Positions 9,434 through 18,328 of a stretch of 64,000 bases of DNA are shown one piece after another. A program made the translations under genes and the position numbers. The notes beneath the pieces are model-generated. The model was not told where the DNA came from. It saw only the letters and a list, made by a program, of their open reading frames with translations, and searched no databases. The DNA is from an uncultured Rhodanobacteraceae bacterium (lineage in GTDB: Bacteria; Pseudomonadota; Gammaproteobacteria; Xanthomonadales; SZUA-5): assembly GCA_937928755.1 (NCBI GenBank), contig CALEZI010000117.1, positions 21,541 to 85,540 on the forward strand, written 5' to 3'. The number at the start of each line of letters is the position of its first letter. Within the stretch, counting starts at the first letter, position 1.

Positions 9434-9772
9434 ACGCTCCCTGAGGGGGGCGCAGCCCATTCCTCCAACGCCGGCTGAACCGCCGACGCCGAATTCGCTG
9501 TATTTCGCACATTCATTGAAGACGCAACCGACCCGATTCGTGGATACTCCGCGACCGCGAAGCGTGTAGACCTGCAAAGGTGTGCGCATCCGCGCCACCT
9601 CGGCTTGAACGCCGCGTGCAAGGCGACGGCGAGCGCTCCGCGCAAGACCGACATGCGCGACCTTGACCGGTCGTACCGTTGTTTCCGAAAGATCGGCGCT
9701 GTTGCTGGGCGCGGCTTTTCGGGCCTCACGTTTCCAAGTTTTCTAAAAAACTTCCATTGAAGAGACCAGAAC

Positions 9773-11902
9773 ATGGCCAGGCAGAAAGAGCTCGCGCTGT
9801 ACCGCAACATCGGGATCATCGCGCACATCGACGCGGGAAAGACCACGACCACCGAGCGCGTGCTTTATTACACGGGTCGCAAGCACCAGATCATTGACGT
9901 CCACGACACCAAGGACGGCAAGAGCAGCACCACGACCGACTACCTGGAGCAGGAAAAGAAGCGCGGCATCACGATTCAGAGCGCCGCGGTCTCGACCGAG
10001 TGGAAGGGTTATCACGTCAACGTGATCGACACCCCGGGACACGTCGACTTCACCATCGAGGTGAATCGTTCCCTGCGCGTGCTCGACGGTGCCGTGGTGG
10101 TGTTCGACGGCGTTGCCGGCGTCGAACCGCAGACCGAGACCAACTGGCGCCTGGCCGACCAGTACGTCGTGCCGCGCATGTGCTACGTCAACAAGATGGA
10201 CCGCATCGGCGCCAACTTCGCCCATTGCGTGAAGGGCATTCGCGATCGCCTCGGCGCTACCGTGGTCATGTGTCAGGTGCCGCTGGGCAGCCAGGACGAA
10301 TTTGTCGGCATGGTCGACCTGGTCGCCGGTGCGGCCTACGTGTGGCACTCCAATGACAAGGACAGCCAGTGGGAAGTCATTCCGCTGGATCAGGTCCGTT
10401 CGCGCTTCAAGTTCACTGTGACCCGCGACGACGAGTACCTCGACAACCTGCAGAAGATGCGCGAAGAAATGATCGAGACCGCGCTCGCCATGGACGACGA
10501 TGCCTTCATGCACTACGTCGAAACCGGCGAGTTCGATGTCGCCAAGCTCAAGGAGTGCATCCGCACGGGAACGGTCGCTGGCAAGCTGGTGCCGGTGCTG
10601 TGCGGCTCCTCGTTCAAGAACAAGGGCGTGCAGCAATTGCTTGACGCAGTCGTCGACTACCTGCCCTACCCCGGCGAGAACGGCGGCATCTCGATGGTCG
10701 ACGAGGACGGCAACGTCCTCGGCAAGCAGGAAGTCCGCGACGACGCGCCGATCCGCGCGCTCGCGTTCAAGGTCATCAACGACCAGTTCGGCACGCTGAC
10801 CTTCACCCGCATCTACTCGGGCGTCATCAAGAAGGGCGACACCTTGATGAACGTCACGCGCGGCAAGAAGGAGCGCGTCGGTCGCATCGTGGAAGTCCAG
10901 GCGAATTCCACCAAGGACATCGAAGAGGCCCGCGCCGGCGACATCGTCGCTTTCGTGTCGATGAAGGACACCGAGACCGGCGACTCGCTGTGCGATCCGG
11001 CGCATCCGGTGCTGCTGGAGCGCATGCGCTTCCCGGACCCGGTGATCAGCGTCTCGGTCGAAGCCAAGACCCGCGACGACATCGACAAGATGTCGGCGGC
11101 GCTCTACAAGATGGCCAAGGCCGACCCGTCGCTGCGCCTGAATGTCGACCCGGAAACCGGCGAGACCGTGCTGCGCGGCATGGGCGAGCTGCACCTGGAA
11201 ATCACCATCGACCGCATGCGCACGGAACTCGGTGTCGAAGCCAACATGGGCAAGCCCAAGGTCAGCTTCCGCGAGGCCTTCGGCCGCACCGTCGAGCACA
11301 TCTACACGCACAAGAAGCAGACTGGCGGTTCGGGTCAGTACGCTGAAGTGAAGATGGTCTTCGAGCCGGGCGAACCGGGCACCGGTGTGGTGTTCGTCGA
11401 CGAGATCGTCGGCGGCCGCATCCCGCGCGAGTTCATTCCGTCGGTCGAGTTCGCGATCAAGACCGAGTCCAAGGCAGGCCAGATCGCCGGCTATGAAGTG
11501 CTCGATTTCAAGGCGCGCCTGATCGACGGCAAGTACCACGACGTCGACTCCTCGGCGCTGGCCTTCGAAATCGCCGGCCGCCATTGCTTCCGCGAAGCGC
11601 ACAAGATGAGCAAGCCCAAGCTGCTCGAACCGATGATGCGCATCGAGGTGGTGACCGAGTCCGAATTCCTCGGCGACGTCATCGGCGACATGAACCGCCG
11701 TCGTGGCCAGGTCATCGACCAGGGTACCAAGGGCACCGCAGCCTTCGTTCACGGCTTCGTGCCGCTGGCCGAGATGTTCGGCTACATCAACTATCTGCGT
11801 TCCGCCACCCGCGGCCGCGGCACCTTCTCGATGGAGTTCAACAACTACTCCGAAGTGCCGGCTGGCCTGGTCGACAAGTTGATGGAAAAAGAAGCGAAGT
11901 AA
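9773..11902 (+). CDS. EF-G family translational GTPase (stand-alone paralogue, not in an str operon context)
   Basis: G1 AHIDAGKTT, G3 DTPGHVDF and G4 NKMD are present, with full EF-G domain order through the C-terminal GRG.FSMEF. The region after G1 is atypical (VHDTKDGKSSTTTDYLEQEKKRGITI). Confidence 0.85.
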   Translation: MARQKELALYRNIGIIAHIDAGKTTTTERVLYYTGRKHQIIDVHDTKDGKSSTTTDYLEQEKKRGITIQSAAVSTEWKGYHVNVIDTPGHVDFTIEVNRSLRVLDGAVVVFDGVAGVEPQTETNWRLADQYVVPRMCYVNKMDRIGANFAHCVKGIRDRLGATVVMCQVPLGSQDEFVGMVDLVAGAAYVWHSNDKDSQWEVIPLDQVRSRFKFTVTRDDEYLDNLQKMREEMIETALAMDDDAFMHYVETGEFDVAKLKECIRTGTVAGKLVPVLCGSSFKNKGVQQLLDAVVDYLPYPGENGGISMVDEDGNVLGKQEVRDDAPIRALAFKVINDQFGTLTFTRIYSGVIKKGDTLMNVTRGKKERVGRIVEVQANSTKDIEEARAGDIVAFVSMKDTETGDSLCDPAHPVLLERMRFPDPVISVSVEAKTRDDIDKMSAALYKMAKADPSLRLNVDPETGETVLRGMGELHLEITIDRMRTELGVEANMGKPKVSFREAFGRTVEHIYTHKKQTGGSGQYAEVKMVFEPGEPGTGVVFVDEIVGGRIPREFIPSVEFAIKTESKAGQIAGYEVLDFKARLIDGKYHDVDSSALAFEIAGRHCFREAHKMSKPKLLEPMMRIEVVTESEFLGDVIGDMNRRRGQVIDQGTKGTAAFVHGFVPLAEMFGYINYLRSATRGRGTFSMEFNNYSEVPAGLVDKLMEKEAK

Positions 11903-11928
11903 CGCGCCGCACATTGCTGCACACTTGG

Positions 11929-11957
11929 ACGGCCGGGGAAACCCGGCCGTTTTTTTA
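11929..11957 (+). terminator. rho-independent terminator of the EF-G paralogue
   Basis: ACGGCCGGG-GAAA-CCCGGCCGT stem-loop followed by TTTTTTT, 27 nt after the stop codon. Confidence 0.8.
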
Positions 11958-12094
11958 TGGATGGCGCGGCTCCGGCGCGTGGCGAGCGCATGCACACCCC
12001 GCGGAATGCGAAGGCACAAATCGCGCATTCATGATGTCCATGTACCGTTGAACCGGCAGCGCGCAACTCGATTGCGCAGGAGTCCCCAGCGTCA

Positions 12095-12541
12095 ATGATC
12101 AACACGACAGGCCGCACCACGCTGCGAATCATCGCCACGCTGTGGGCGCTGCCGAACTCGCTCGTGGGTCTGGTCTATGGCGGCGTTGGACTTTGCTGCG
12201 GAGCGCGACACGAATGGGATGCGAGTGGCCGCATCCTGCGCTTTGTCGACATGCCGTCCTGGCTGATGCCGACAGCGATATCGCTCGGACATGTGCAAGT
12301 GTATGCCGGTGGTCGTTGCAAGCGAGCGGATGGCAGCCCGGCAGCGAACCGTTTCGGCGTTCCCGTGATGATCGAAGAAACCCTGCATACACGGCAGGCA
12401 GAAATTCTCGGCCCGTTGTACCTGCCACTGCATGGGCTTTGCATGCTTGTCTCGATCATCGCCGGTGGCGGCACGCACGATCGCAACCTGCTCGAAATCG
12501 GCCCCGAGCGCGGGCGAGGGCCGTGGCCATGGCAGGCCTGA
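12095..12541 (+). CDS. hypothetical protein
   Basis: 148-aa ORF with a hydrophobic N-terminal segment. I recognise no family, and coding status is not certain. Confidence 0.35.
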   Translation: MINTTGRTTLRIIATLWALPNSLVGLVYGGVGLCCGARHEWDASGRILRFVDMPSWLMPTAISLGHVQVYAGGRCKRADGSPAANRFGVPVMIEETLHTRQAEILGPLYLPLHGLCMLVSIIAGGGTHDRNLLEIGPERGRGPWPWQA

Positions 12542-12682
12542 CGGTAGGTTCAGACTTGTCCGTGCGCCGTTGGTTGACGTGAACGTGTTCAGACAAGTCT
12601 GGGCCCAGGAGCACAGCCACCCCTTGCAGCGACACCGGGCGCTCACGTAGCGTCGCGCATTCCCGCGCAATCGTAACCATTC

Positions 12683-13765
12683 ATGTCCGAACTTCGCCTG
12701 CCTGCCGAACTGAAATACGCCGCCGAATTGGCAGCGCTGGAAGCGAATGATGATGCGGCCCGACCGCCCCAGTGGCGGCTCAGCCCGAGGGCGGTCGAGA
12801 CCTATGTGATGGGCAGCGCCAAGCCGGTCGGCGGGGTTGCCATCACACCCAAGTATTACGGCGACCGCTCGCTGGTGCAGGTGGCCATCGCGACGTTGGC
12901 ATCGGACCGTGCACTGATGCTCGCAGGCGAGCCGGGCACGGCGAAAAGCTGGTTGTCCGAGCATCTGTCGGCGGCAATCTGCGGCACATCGTTGCTGACC
13001 GTACAGGGCACTGCCGGCACCAGCGAGGATCATCTGAAGTATGGCTGGAACTACGCATTGCTGATCGCCGAGGGTCCGAGCGAACGCGCGCTGGTGCCGT
13101 CACCGGTGTTGCGCGCGATGCGCCAGGGCAAGATCGCACGGGTCGAGGAAATCACCCGCACCAGTCCGGAGGTGCAGGACGCCTTGATTTCGATCCTGTC
13201 CGAGAAGCAGATCGCGGTGCCGGAGTTGAATGAAACCGTCAGCGCACAGCGCGGATTCTCGATCATCGCCACCGCCAACACGCGCGACCGCGGCGTCAAC
13301 GAGATGAGTGCCGCACTGAAACGGCGTTTCAACTTTGTCACCGTGCCGGTGGTGGATGACCTCGACCAGGAGATCCGCATCGTGCAGCAGCGTGAAGCGC
13401 AGTTGCGCAGCGACTATCAGGTCGGCGCGCCGCCACCGGACGATTTGACCCGGCTGTTGGTCACGGTCTTCCAGGAGTTGCGTGGCGGTGCCACCAAGGA
13501 CGGCAAGACCAAGGTGCGCGCGCCGAACGGCGTGCTGTCGACGGCAGAAGCCATCAGCGTGCTGTTCAACAGCGGCATCCTGGCGCAAAGCTTCGGCGAC
13601 GGCACGGTCAACGGCGCCGATCTGGCGCGTGCACTCACCGGCGCGCTGGCCAAGGAAGGCGTCGAGGATCTGAAAGTGCTGCGCGAGTACCTGGAGACCG
13701 TCGCCAAAGCACGCAGCGGCGCCTGGAAGGGATTTTACGCGGCGGCCAAGCAGGCGCTCACTTGA
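12683..13765 (+). CDS. AAA+ ATPase of the AAA_5 / MoxR-CbbQ-NorQ-dynein-like class (YehL-like)
   Basis: Walker A LAGEPGTAKS, Walker B-like KIARVEEI, sensor-1 IIATAN, and arginine-rich SAALKRRF. Confidence 0.8.
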   Translation: MSELRLPAELKYAAELAALEANDDAARPPQWRLSPRAVETYVMGSAKPVGGVAITPKYYGDRSLVQVAIATLASDRALMLAGEPGTAKSWLSEHLSAAICGTSLLTVQGTAGTSEDHLKYGWNYALLIAEGPSERALVPSPVLRAMRQGKIARVEEITRTSPEVQDALISILSEKQIAVPELNETVSAQRGFSIIATANTRDRGVNEMSAALKRRFNFVTVPVVDDLDQEIRIVQQREAQLRSDYQVGAPPPDDLTRLLVTVFQELRGGATKDGKTKVRAPNGVLSTAEAISVLFNSGILAQSFGDGTVNGADLARALTGALAKEGVEDLKVLREYLETVAKARSGAWKGFYAAAKQALT

Positions 13766-13822
13766 ATCTCCTGGACTCGCCATTGCGAGATCCCATTCCC
13801 GACCTGGAAATGAACACAGGCC

Positions 13823-13972
13823 GTGAACCGCTCATCCTGAGCAGAGCGTCCGCTTCATCAGGACGCGGCGTCGAAGGACGAGCAAGAGCCTCCAATTCGC
13901 CTCATTCACGGCCTGCCCTTCGACGCCGCATCCCGGTGGAGCCGGGATGCTCTGCTCAGGGCGAACGGTGCC
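13823..13972. repeat. MITE-like nested inverted repeat (GTGAACCGCTCATCCTGAGCA ... TGCTCAGGGCGAACGG)
   Basis: The outer arms pair, and the inner GCGTCGAAGGACGAG pairs with CCTTCGACGCCGC. A second copy lies at 21321-21478. Confidence 0.7.
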
Positions 13973-14022
13973 TTGTGGATTTCAATGGCGGGTATGAAAC
14001 CAACCCGTAGACTCCCTGACCC

Positions 14023-16377
14023 ATGAACCTCACCGGCGTGCATCTGTTCCCGGTGCGACATCACTCGCCGCGGGCGGCGATGTGCCTGCGGGCGCTGCTC
14101 GATGAGGTACGTCCGTCGCTGGTGTTGATCGAGGGACCGAGCGATGCCGATGCGTTGATCCCGGTTCTCACCGCGGCAGATTCGATTCCGCCGATTGCGA
14201 TCCTGGCCTATCGCACCGATGGCACGCCGCAGAGCGCGATGTGGCCGTTCGCGCGCTATTCGCCGGAGTACCAGGCCTTGCTGTGGGCGCGTGACCACGG
14301 GGTGACGGCGCGCTTCATCGACTGGCCGTCGGGTGTGGCATTGGCAGCCGACCTGCCGTGCGCGCCGGTTGCGGCGAGCGTGCCCGACGAGACGCCCGAC
14401 GACGCCGTCGAAGAGTCTTTCGAAGCAGACCGTGTGGAGCCTGCAAGTGAAGAGGAAGCGCAGGCGCCCCCGGTCGATCGCCATCAGGCGCTCGCTGAAC
14501 GCTTCGACTTGCGTCATTTCGACGAATTCTGGGACGCTTACTTCGAGACGCCGATCTACCAGCCGGAGTCCTTCCGTACCGCGCTCAACGCGTTCGCCGA
14601 GTGGGTCGCACCAGCCGCAGGACGCGACACCGAGAGTGCGCTGCGTGATCGCATCATGGGCCAGGCGATCGCCGATGCGGTGAACGCCGGCACGCCTCCG
14701 GAGCGCATTGTTGCCGTGCTCGGCGCTGCGCACGTGGCGGCGCTGCTGCGCGGCGATCCAGCGCCCGACGCCAACGTACCGACCGCATTGCCGACAGCGC
14801 TGGCGGTGGTGCCCTACTCCTATCCACGCCTGTCCGAACAGAGTGGCTATGGCGCTGGCAACCGCGCGCCGTGGTACTACGAGCGCGTGTTCGAAGGCGC
14901 CAACGATTTTGCCCGCGCATCGTTGGTGGTGTTGATCGAGTTCGCCGGCAACATGCGCGCGCGCGGATTTTCGGTGTCGCTGGCGGATGTGATCGAGGCC
15001 TATCGACTGGCGCTGACGCTCGCTGATATTCGCGGTAAATCGGCACCCGGCGTCGACGAACTCGCCGAAGCCGCGCAAGCCACATTGACGCGCGGCGAAG
15101 CGGCGCCGATCCGCGAGTTCCTCAACCCGCTGATGATCGGACGGCGCATCGGCAAGCTCGGCGCCAGCGCCGGTCGCAACTCGCTGCAACTCGAGTTTGC
15201 GCAAGGGCTGGCCACCTACGGCCTGCCGCAGGTCGACGAGCCGGAAACCGTGTCGCTGCGCCTGGCCGACGCCACCCAGGCCGGCGCCAGCCTGTTCCTG
15301 CATCGCTTGCGCGTCGCCGACGTGCCCTACGCCAGCTACGCCGGTTCACAATCGGTGGTCACGCGCGGCCGCGCCAGCGACGACGAAGCTGGCGGCTACA
15401 GCGCATTGAGCCGTATGCGCGAGCATTGGGACGTGCAATGGACGCCGGCGACCGAAGTCGCGCTGGCCGAACGCGTGATCTACGGCGAGCGCTTTTCCGA
15501 GGTCTGCGAGCGACGTCTGAACGAGGCCATCGGCAGCGCCGCACACGCGGCCGATGCCACCCGCTTGCTGATCGACGCGGTGCTCACCGATGCCACCCAG
15601 GCCACCGCGCGTGCGCTGGACGCCACCGAACGTCTGAGCAGTCTGGACGACGACGTCGGCAGCCTGAGTCAGGCGGCGCGCACGCTGGCCGCGCTGAAGA
15701 GCTACGGCAGCTCGCGTCCGGCGCTGACGCAGATCGCCGGCACCATCGAACGTTTGCTGGTCGGCACCTTCACTCGCGCGATGCTGCGCCTCGCCATCGC
15801 CAGCCGCGGCGATGTCGAAGCGACGCAGGACGCGCGCGCAGCGATGCGCGTGCTCAACGAACTGGCGTTGTCGCAAGCGCTGCTCGACCGCGGCGCCTGG
15901 ATGCAGACGCTGACACAAATTGCCGGCGACGAAGCCCTGGAGGCAACCGCCAGCGGCGTTGCCGCGGCCTTGTTGTACCTGGCGCGCGAGTTGCACGAAA
16001 ACGATCTGCGCGGCCTGCTCGAGCGCCGCCTCGGCGATGTCATCCGCCCGGCCCGCGCGGCCGATTTTCTCGCCGGTTTTTTCGAGGTCAACGCGCTGGT
16101 ACTGCTGAAGAACCGCGAGATCGTCGCTGCGATGAGCGGCTTTCTGTCAGCGCTGCCCGCCGAGCACTTCCGCGATGCGCTACCCGCGCTGCGCCGAGCA
16201 TTTGCCTTGCTCGGCGCCAGCGAGCGGCGTTTCCTGCTGGAACATCTGGTCGGCCTGCACGGGCGCGCCGCGCCAGCGGTTGCCGCGCAGGTGCTCACCG
16301 CAGCAGACCAGCAGTCGCTGACCGATCTCTCGGCCACGCTGGGACAGGCGCTCGACGATCTGGATGATTTGCTGTGA
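14023..16377 (+). CDS. large DUF5682-like protein (YehM-like)
   Basis: 784 aa. I recognise the N-terminal VHLFPVRHHSPRAA...LIEGPSDA as DUF5682/YehM-type. The rest is helical with no other known domain. Confidence 0.6.
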   Translation: MNLTGVHLFPVRHHSPRAAMCLRALLDEVRPSLVLIEGPSDADALIPVLTAADSIPPIAILAYRTDGTPQSAMWPFARYSPEYQALLWARDHGVTARFIDWPSGVALAADLPCAPVAASVPDETPDDAVEESFEADRVEPASEEEAQAPPVDRHQALAERFDLRHFDEFWDAYFETPIYQPESFRTALNAFAEWVAPAAGRDTESALRDRIMGQAIADAVNAGTPPERIVAVLGAAHVAALLRGDPAPDANVPTALPTALAVVPYSYPRLSEQSGYGAGNRAPWYYERVFEGANDFARASLVVLIEFAGNMRARGFSVSLADVIEAYRLALTLADIRGKSAPGVDELAEAAQATLTRGEAAPIREFLNPLMIGRRIGKLGASAGRNSLQLEFAQGLATYGLPQVDEPETVSLRLADATQAGASLFLHRLRVADVPYASYAGSQSVVTRGRASDDEAGGYSALSRMREHWDVQWTPATEVALAERVIYGERFSEVCERRLNEAIGSAAHAADATRLLIDAVLTDATQATARALDATERLSSLDDDVGSLSQAARTLAALKSYGSSRPALTQIAGTIERLLVGTFTRAMLRLAIASRGDVEATQDARAAMRVLNELALSQALLDRGAWMQTLTQIAGDEALEATASGVAAALLYLARELHENDLRGLLERRLGDVIRPARAADFLAGFFEVNALVLLKNREIVAAMSGFLSALPAEHFRDALPALRRAFALLGASERRFLLEHLVGLHGRAAPAVAAQVLTAADQQSLTDLSATLGQALDDLDDLL

Positions 16378-16446
16378 GCCGGCGTATTCGCTTCCAACAC
16401 TGTGCTGATCTGCACCTCGAACTGAGCGGCAATCTCGGGGGACTGG

Positions 16447-16582
16447 TTTTTTGTCCGCAAAGGACGCAAAGAACGCAAAGGAGAGCAAAGGCGTCAGGGG
16501 TGCGGCGCATGAACATCGAGCCCCAAAACGCTAACTTTCGCATGGCTTTCTTTGCGTCCTTTGCGTTCTTTGCGAACAAAGA
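16447..16582. repeat. family-A k-mer-arm hairpin element
   Basis: GTCCGCAAAGGACGCAAAGAACGCAAAGGAGAGCAAAGG ... CTTTCTTTGCGTCCTTTGCGTTCTTTGCGAAC, with a loop of about 55 nt. Confidence 0.85.
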
Positions 16583-16608
16583 CTCCTGCCCAATGAACAG
16601 CGAGAAGC

Positions 16609-17802
16609 ATGATGGAGCCTGAAGCCGCCGCCGCCCTGCTGCGCTGGCGACTGGTGCTCGGGGCTGAGGCCGAGCGTGCTGAGCCCTTGCTGGGTTTGAG
16701 CGCGCTGTGCGCACAGTGCGGGCCCGCGGCGGAAGACGTGGTGGCGATGACCGAGGCCGAACTTGAAGCGCTCGATGACACGCTCGACTTTGTCTACGGC
16801 GCCGGTCGCAAGAGTGGGCTGACTGCCTATCTGCCGCGCTGGCTGGAGCGCGTGCGCGGCTTCTTCACCGCCGATGTCGTCGCGTTGGTGCAGAAGGATG
16901 CAATCGAGAAGAAGGGGCTGACGCGCCTGCTGTTCGAGCCGGAGACCCTGCCGTACCTGGAGAAGAATGCCGATCTGGTCGCCACGCTGCTGTCGGCGCG
17001 CGCGCTGGTGCCGGACGAGGCGAAGGAAATCGCGCGGGGTATCGTGCGCGAGGTGGTCGAGCAGTTGCGCAAGAAGCTGGAGACGGCGACGCGTACGGCG
17101 CTGATCGGCGCGGTCAAGCGCCATTCGCGCAGCCCGTTCAAGGTCGCCCGCAATCTCGACTGGAAGCGCACCGTGCAGCGCAATCTGCACACCTACGACC
17201 ACAACAAGCGTCGGTTGGTGCCGGAGTCTTTCCACTTCCTCGCCAACCGGCGCAAGCGCCACGAATGGGAGGTGGCGATCCTGGTCGACCAGTCCGGTTC
17301 GATGGCGGTCAGCGTGGTCTACAGCGCGATCATGGCGGCGATCTTCGCCTCCATCGACGTGCTGAAGACGCGTCTGGCCTACTTCAACCACGACACCGTG
17401 GTCGACATGACACCGCATCTGGTGGATCCGGTCGAAGTGCTGTTCAGCGCGCAACTTGGCGGCGCAGAGAACTACAACCTGGCGCTCGATTACGCCAAGG
17501 AACATTTCCTCGAGCGCCCGGACAAGACCTTGGTGCTGCTGATTACCGATCTCTATCACACGGCCGGCAACAACGAGCGTTTTCTGTTGCAGGTGCAGGA
17601 GATGATCGACTCCAAGGTCAAGTTCATGGTCCTGCTCAAGCTCTCAGACGCCGGCCAGCCCAGTTACGACCATGACCTGGCAAAGAAACTGGTCGCCCTG
17701 GGCGCCCATTGTTTCGGCGCCTCACCCAAACAACTGGTGGAGATCGTCGAACGCATCATGAAGAACCAGCCCTACGATCACCTGGCGCAAAACCCGAAAT
17801 GA
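16609..17802 (+). CDS. VWA (MIDAS) domain protein (YehP-like / CoxE-type)
   Basis: MIDAS-type motif EVAILVDQSGSM in the C-terminal half, followed by a Rossmann-like alternation. The N-terminal helical region is of the kind seen in AAA-partner VWA proteins. Confidence 0.75.
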   Translation: MMEPEAAAALLRWRLVLGAEAERAEPLLGLSALCAQCGPAAEDVVAMTEAELEALDDTLDFVYGAGRKSGLTAYLPRWLERVRGFFTADVVALVQKDAIEKKGLTRLLFEPETLPYLEKNADLVATLLSARALVPDEAKEIARGIVREVVEQLRKKLETATRTALIGAVKRHSRSPFKVARNLDWKRTVQRNLHTYDHNKRRLVPESFHFLANRRKRHEWEVAILVDQSGSMAVSVVYSAIMAAIFASIDVLKTRLAYFNHDTVVDMTPHLVDPVEVLFSAQLGGAENYNLALDYAKEHFLERPDKTLVLLITDLYHTAGNNERFLLQVQEMIDSKVKFMVLLKLSDAGQPSYDHDLAKKLVALGAHCFGASPKQLVEIVERIMKNQPYDHLAQNPK

Positions 17803-17824
17803 ATCCGGCGTCGTTCCGCCGCTT

Positions 17825-18293
17825 TTGTAGGCCGCTGTGCCGCGTAGCGGCTCACCGGCGCAGCGATCAAAGCGCCGGTGAGCGCGATGAAACTGCGCAC
17901 ACGCGGCCTACAAAAGAACTTGCGCGTACACCCGTGAACCACAGCTCTGGTAGACCGCTGTGCCGCGTAGCGGCTCACCGGCGCAGCGACCAAAGCGCCG
18001 GTGAGCGCGATGAAGCTGCGCACACGCGGCCTACAAGAGCACTTGCGCATACACCCGTGAACCACAGCTCTGGTAGACCGCTGTGCCGCGTAGCGGCTCA
18101 CCGGCGCAGCGACCAAAGCGCCGGTGAGCGCGATGAAGCTGCGCACACGCGGCCTACAAGAGCACTTGCGCATACACCCGTGAACCATCGCTCTGGTAGG
18201 CCGCTGTGCCGCGTAGCGGCTCACCGGCGCTTTCCCTGCGGTCGTGACCAAAGCGCCGGTGAGTGCGATGGAGCTGCGCACACGCGGCCTACA
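17825..18293. repeat. tandem array, about 3.8 copies of a 123-bp unit, each unit a nested hairpin
   Basis: Units start at 17825, 17948, 18071 and 18194. Units 2 and 3 differ at only about 2 positions. Each has an inner stem GCTCACCGGCGC/GCGCCGGTGAGC and outer GTAGGCCGC...GCGGCCTAC. Unit 4 carries a small indel. Confidence 0.9.
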
Positions 18294-18328
18294 TTCGAAT
18301 CCACGACTTTTCGACCAAGGTCAACCCG

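Noticed and set aside
9743-12028. 761-aa ORF on the minus strand covering the whole EF-G gene
   Set aside because: It is antisense to a gene with unmistakable EF-G motifs. Its translation is Arg/Ala/Asp/His/Val-rich with no recognisable domain, which marks it as a typical GC-rich shadow ORF.
13762-14010. 82-aa ORF between the AAA ATPase and DUF5682 genes (possible YehK-like small protein)
   Set aside because: It is composed almost entirely of the MITE-like repeat, and a similar peptide would arise at the second copy (21445..21801 region). Its translation is typical of 'repeat peptides' and it has no SD.
17825-18293. Possible CRISPR array (regularly spaced palindromic repeats)
   Set aside because: The inter-repeat segments are themselves conserved between units, so there are no unique spacers. 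The period (123 bp) and unit structure do not fit CRISPR, and no cas genes are present in the window.
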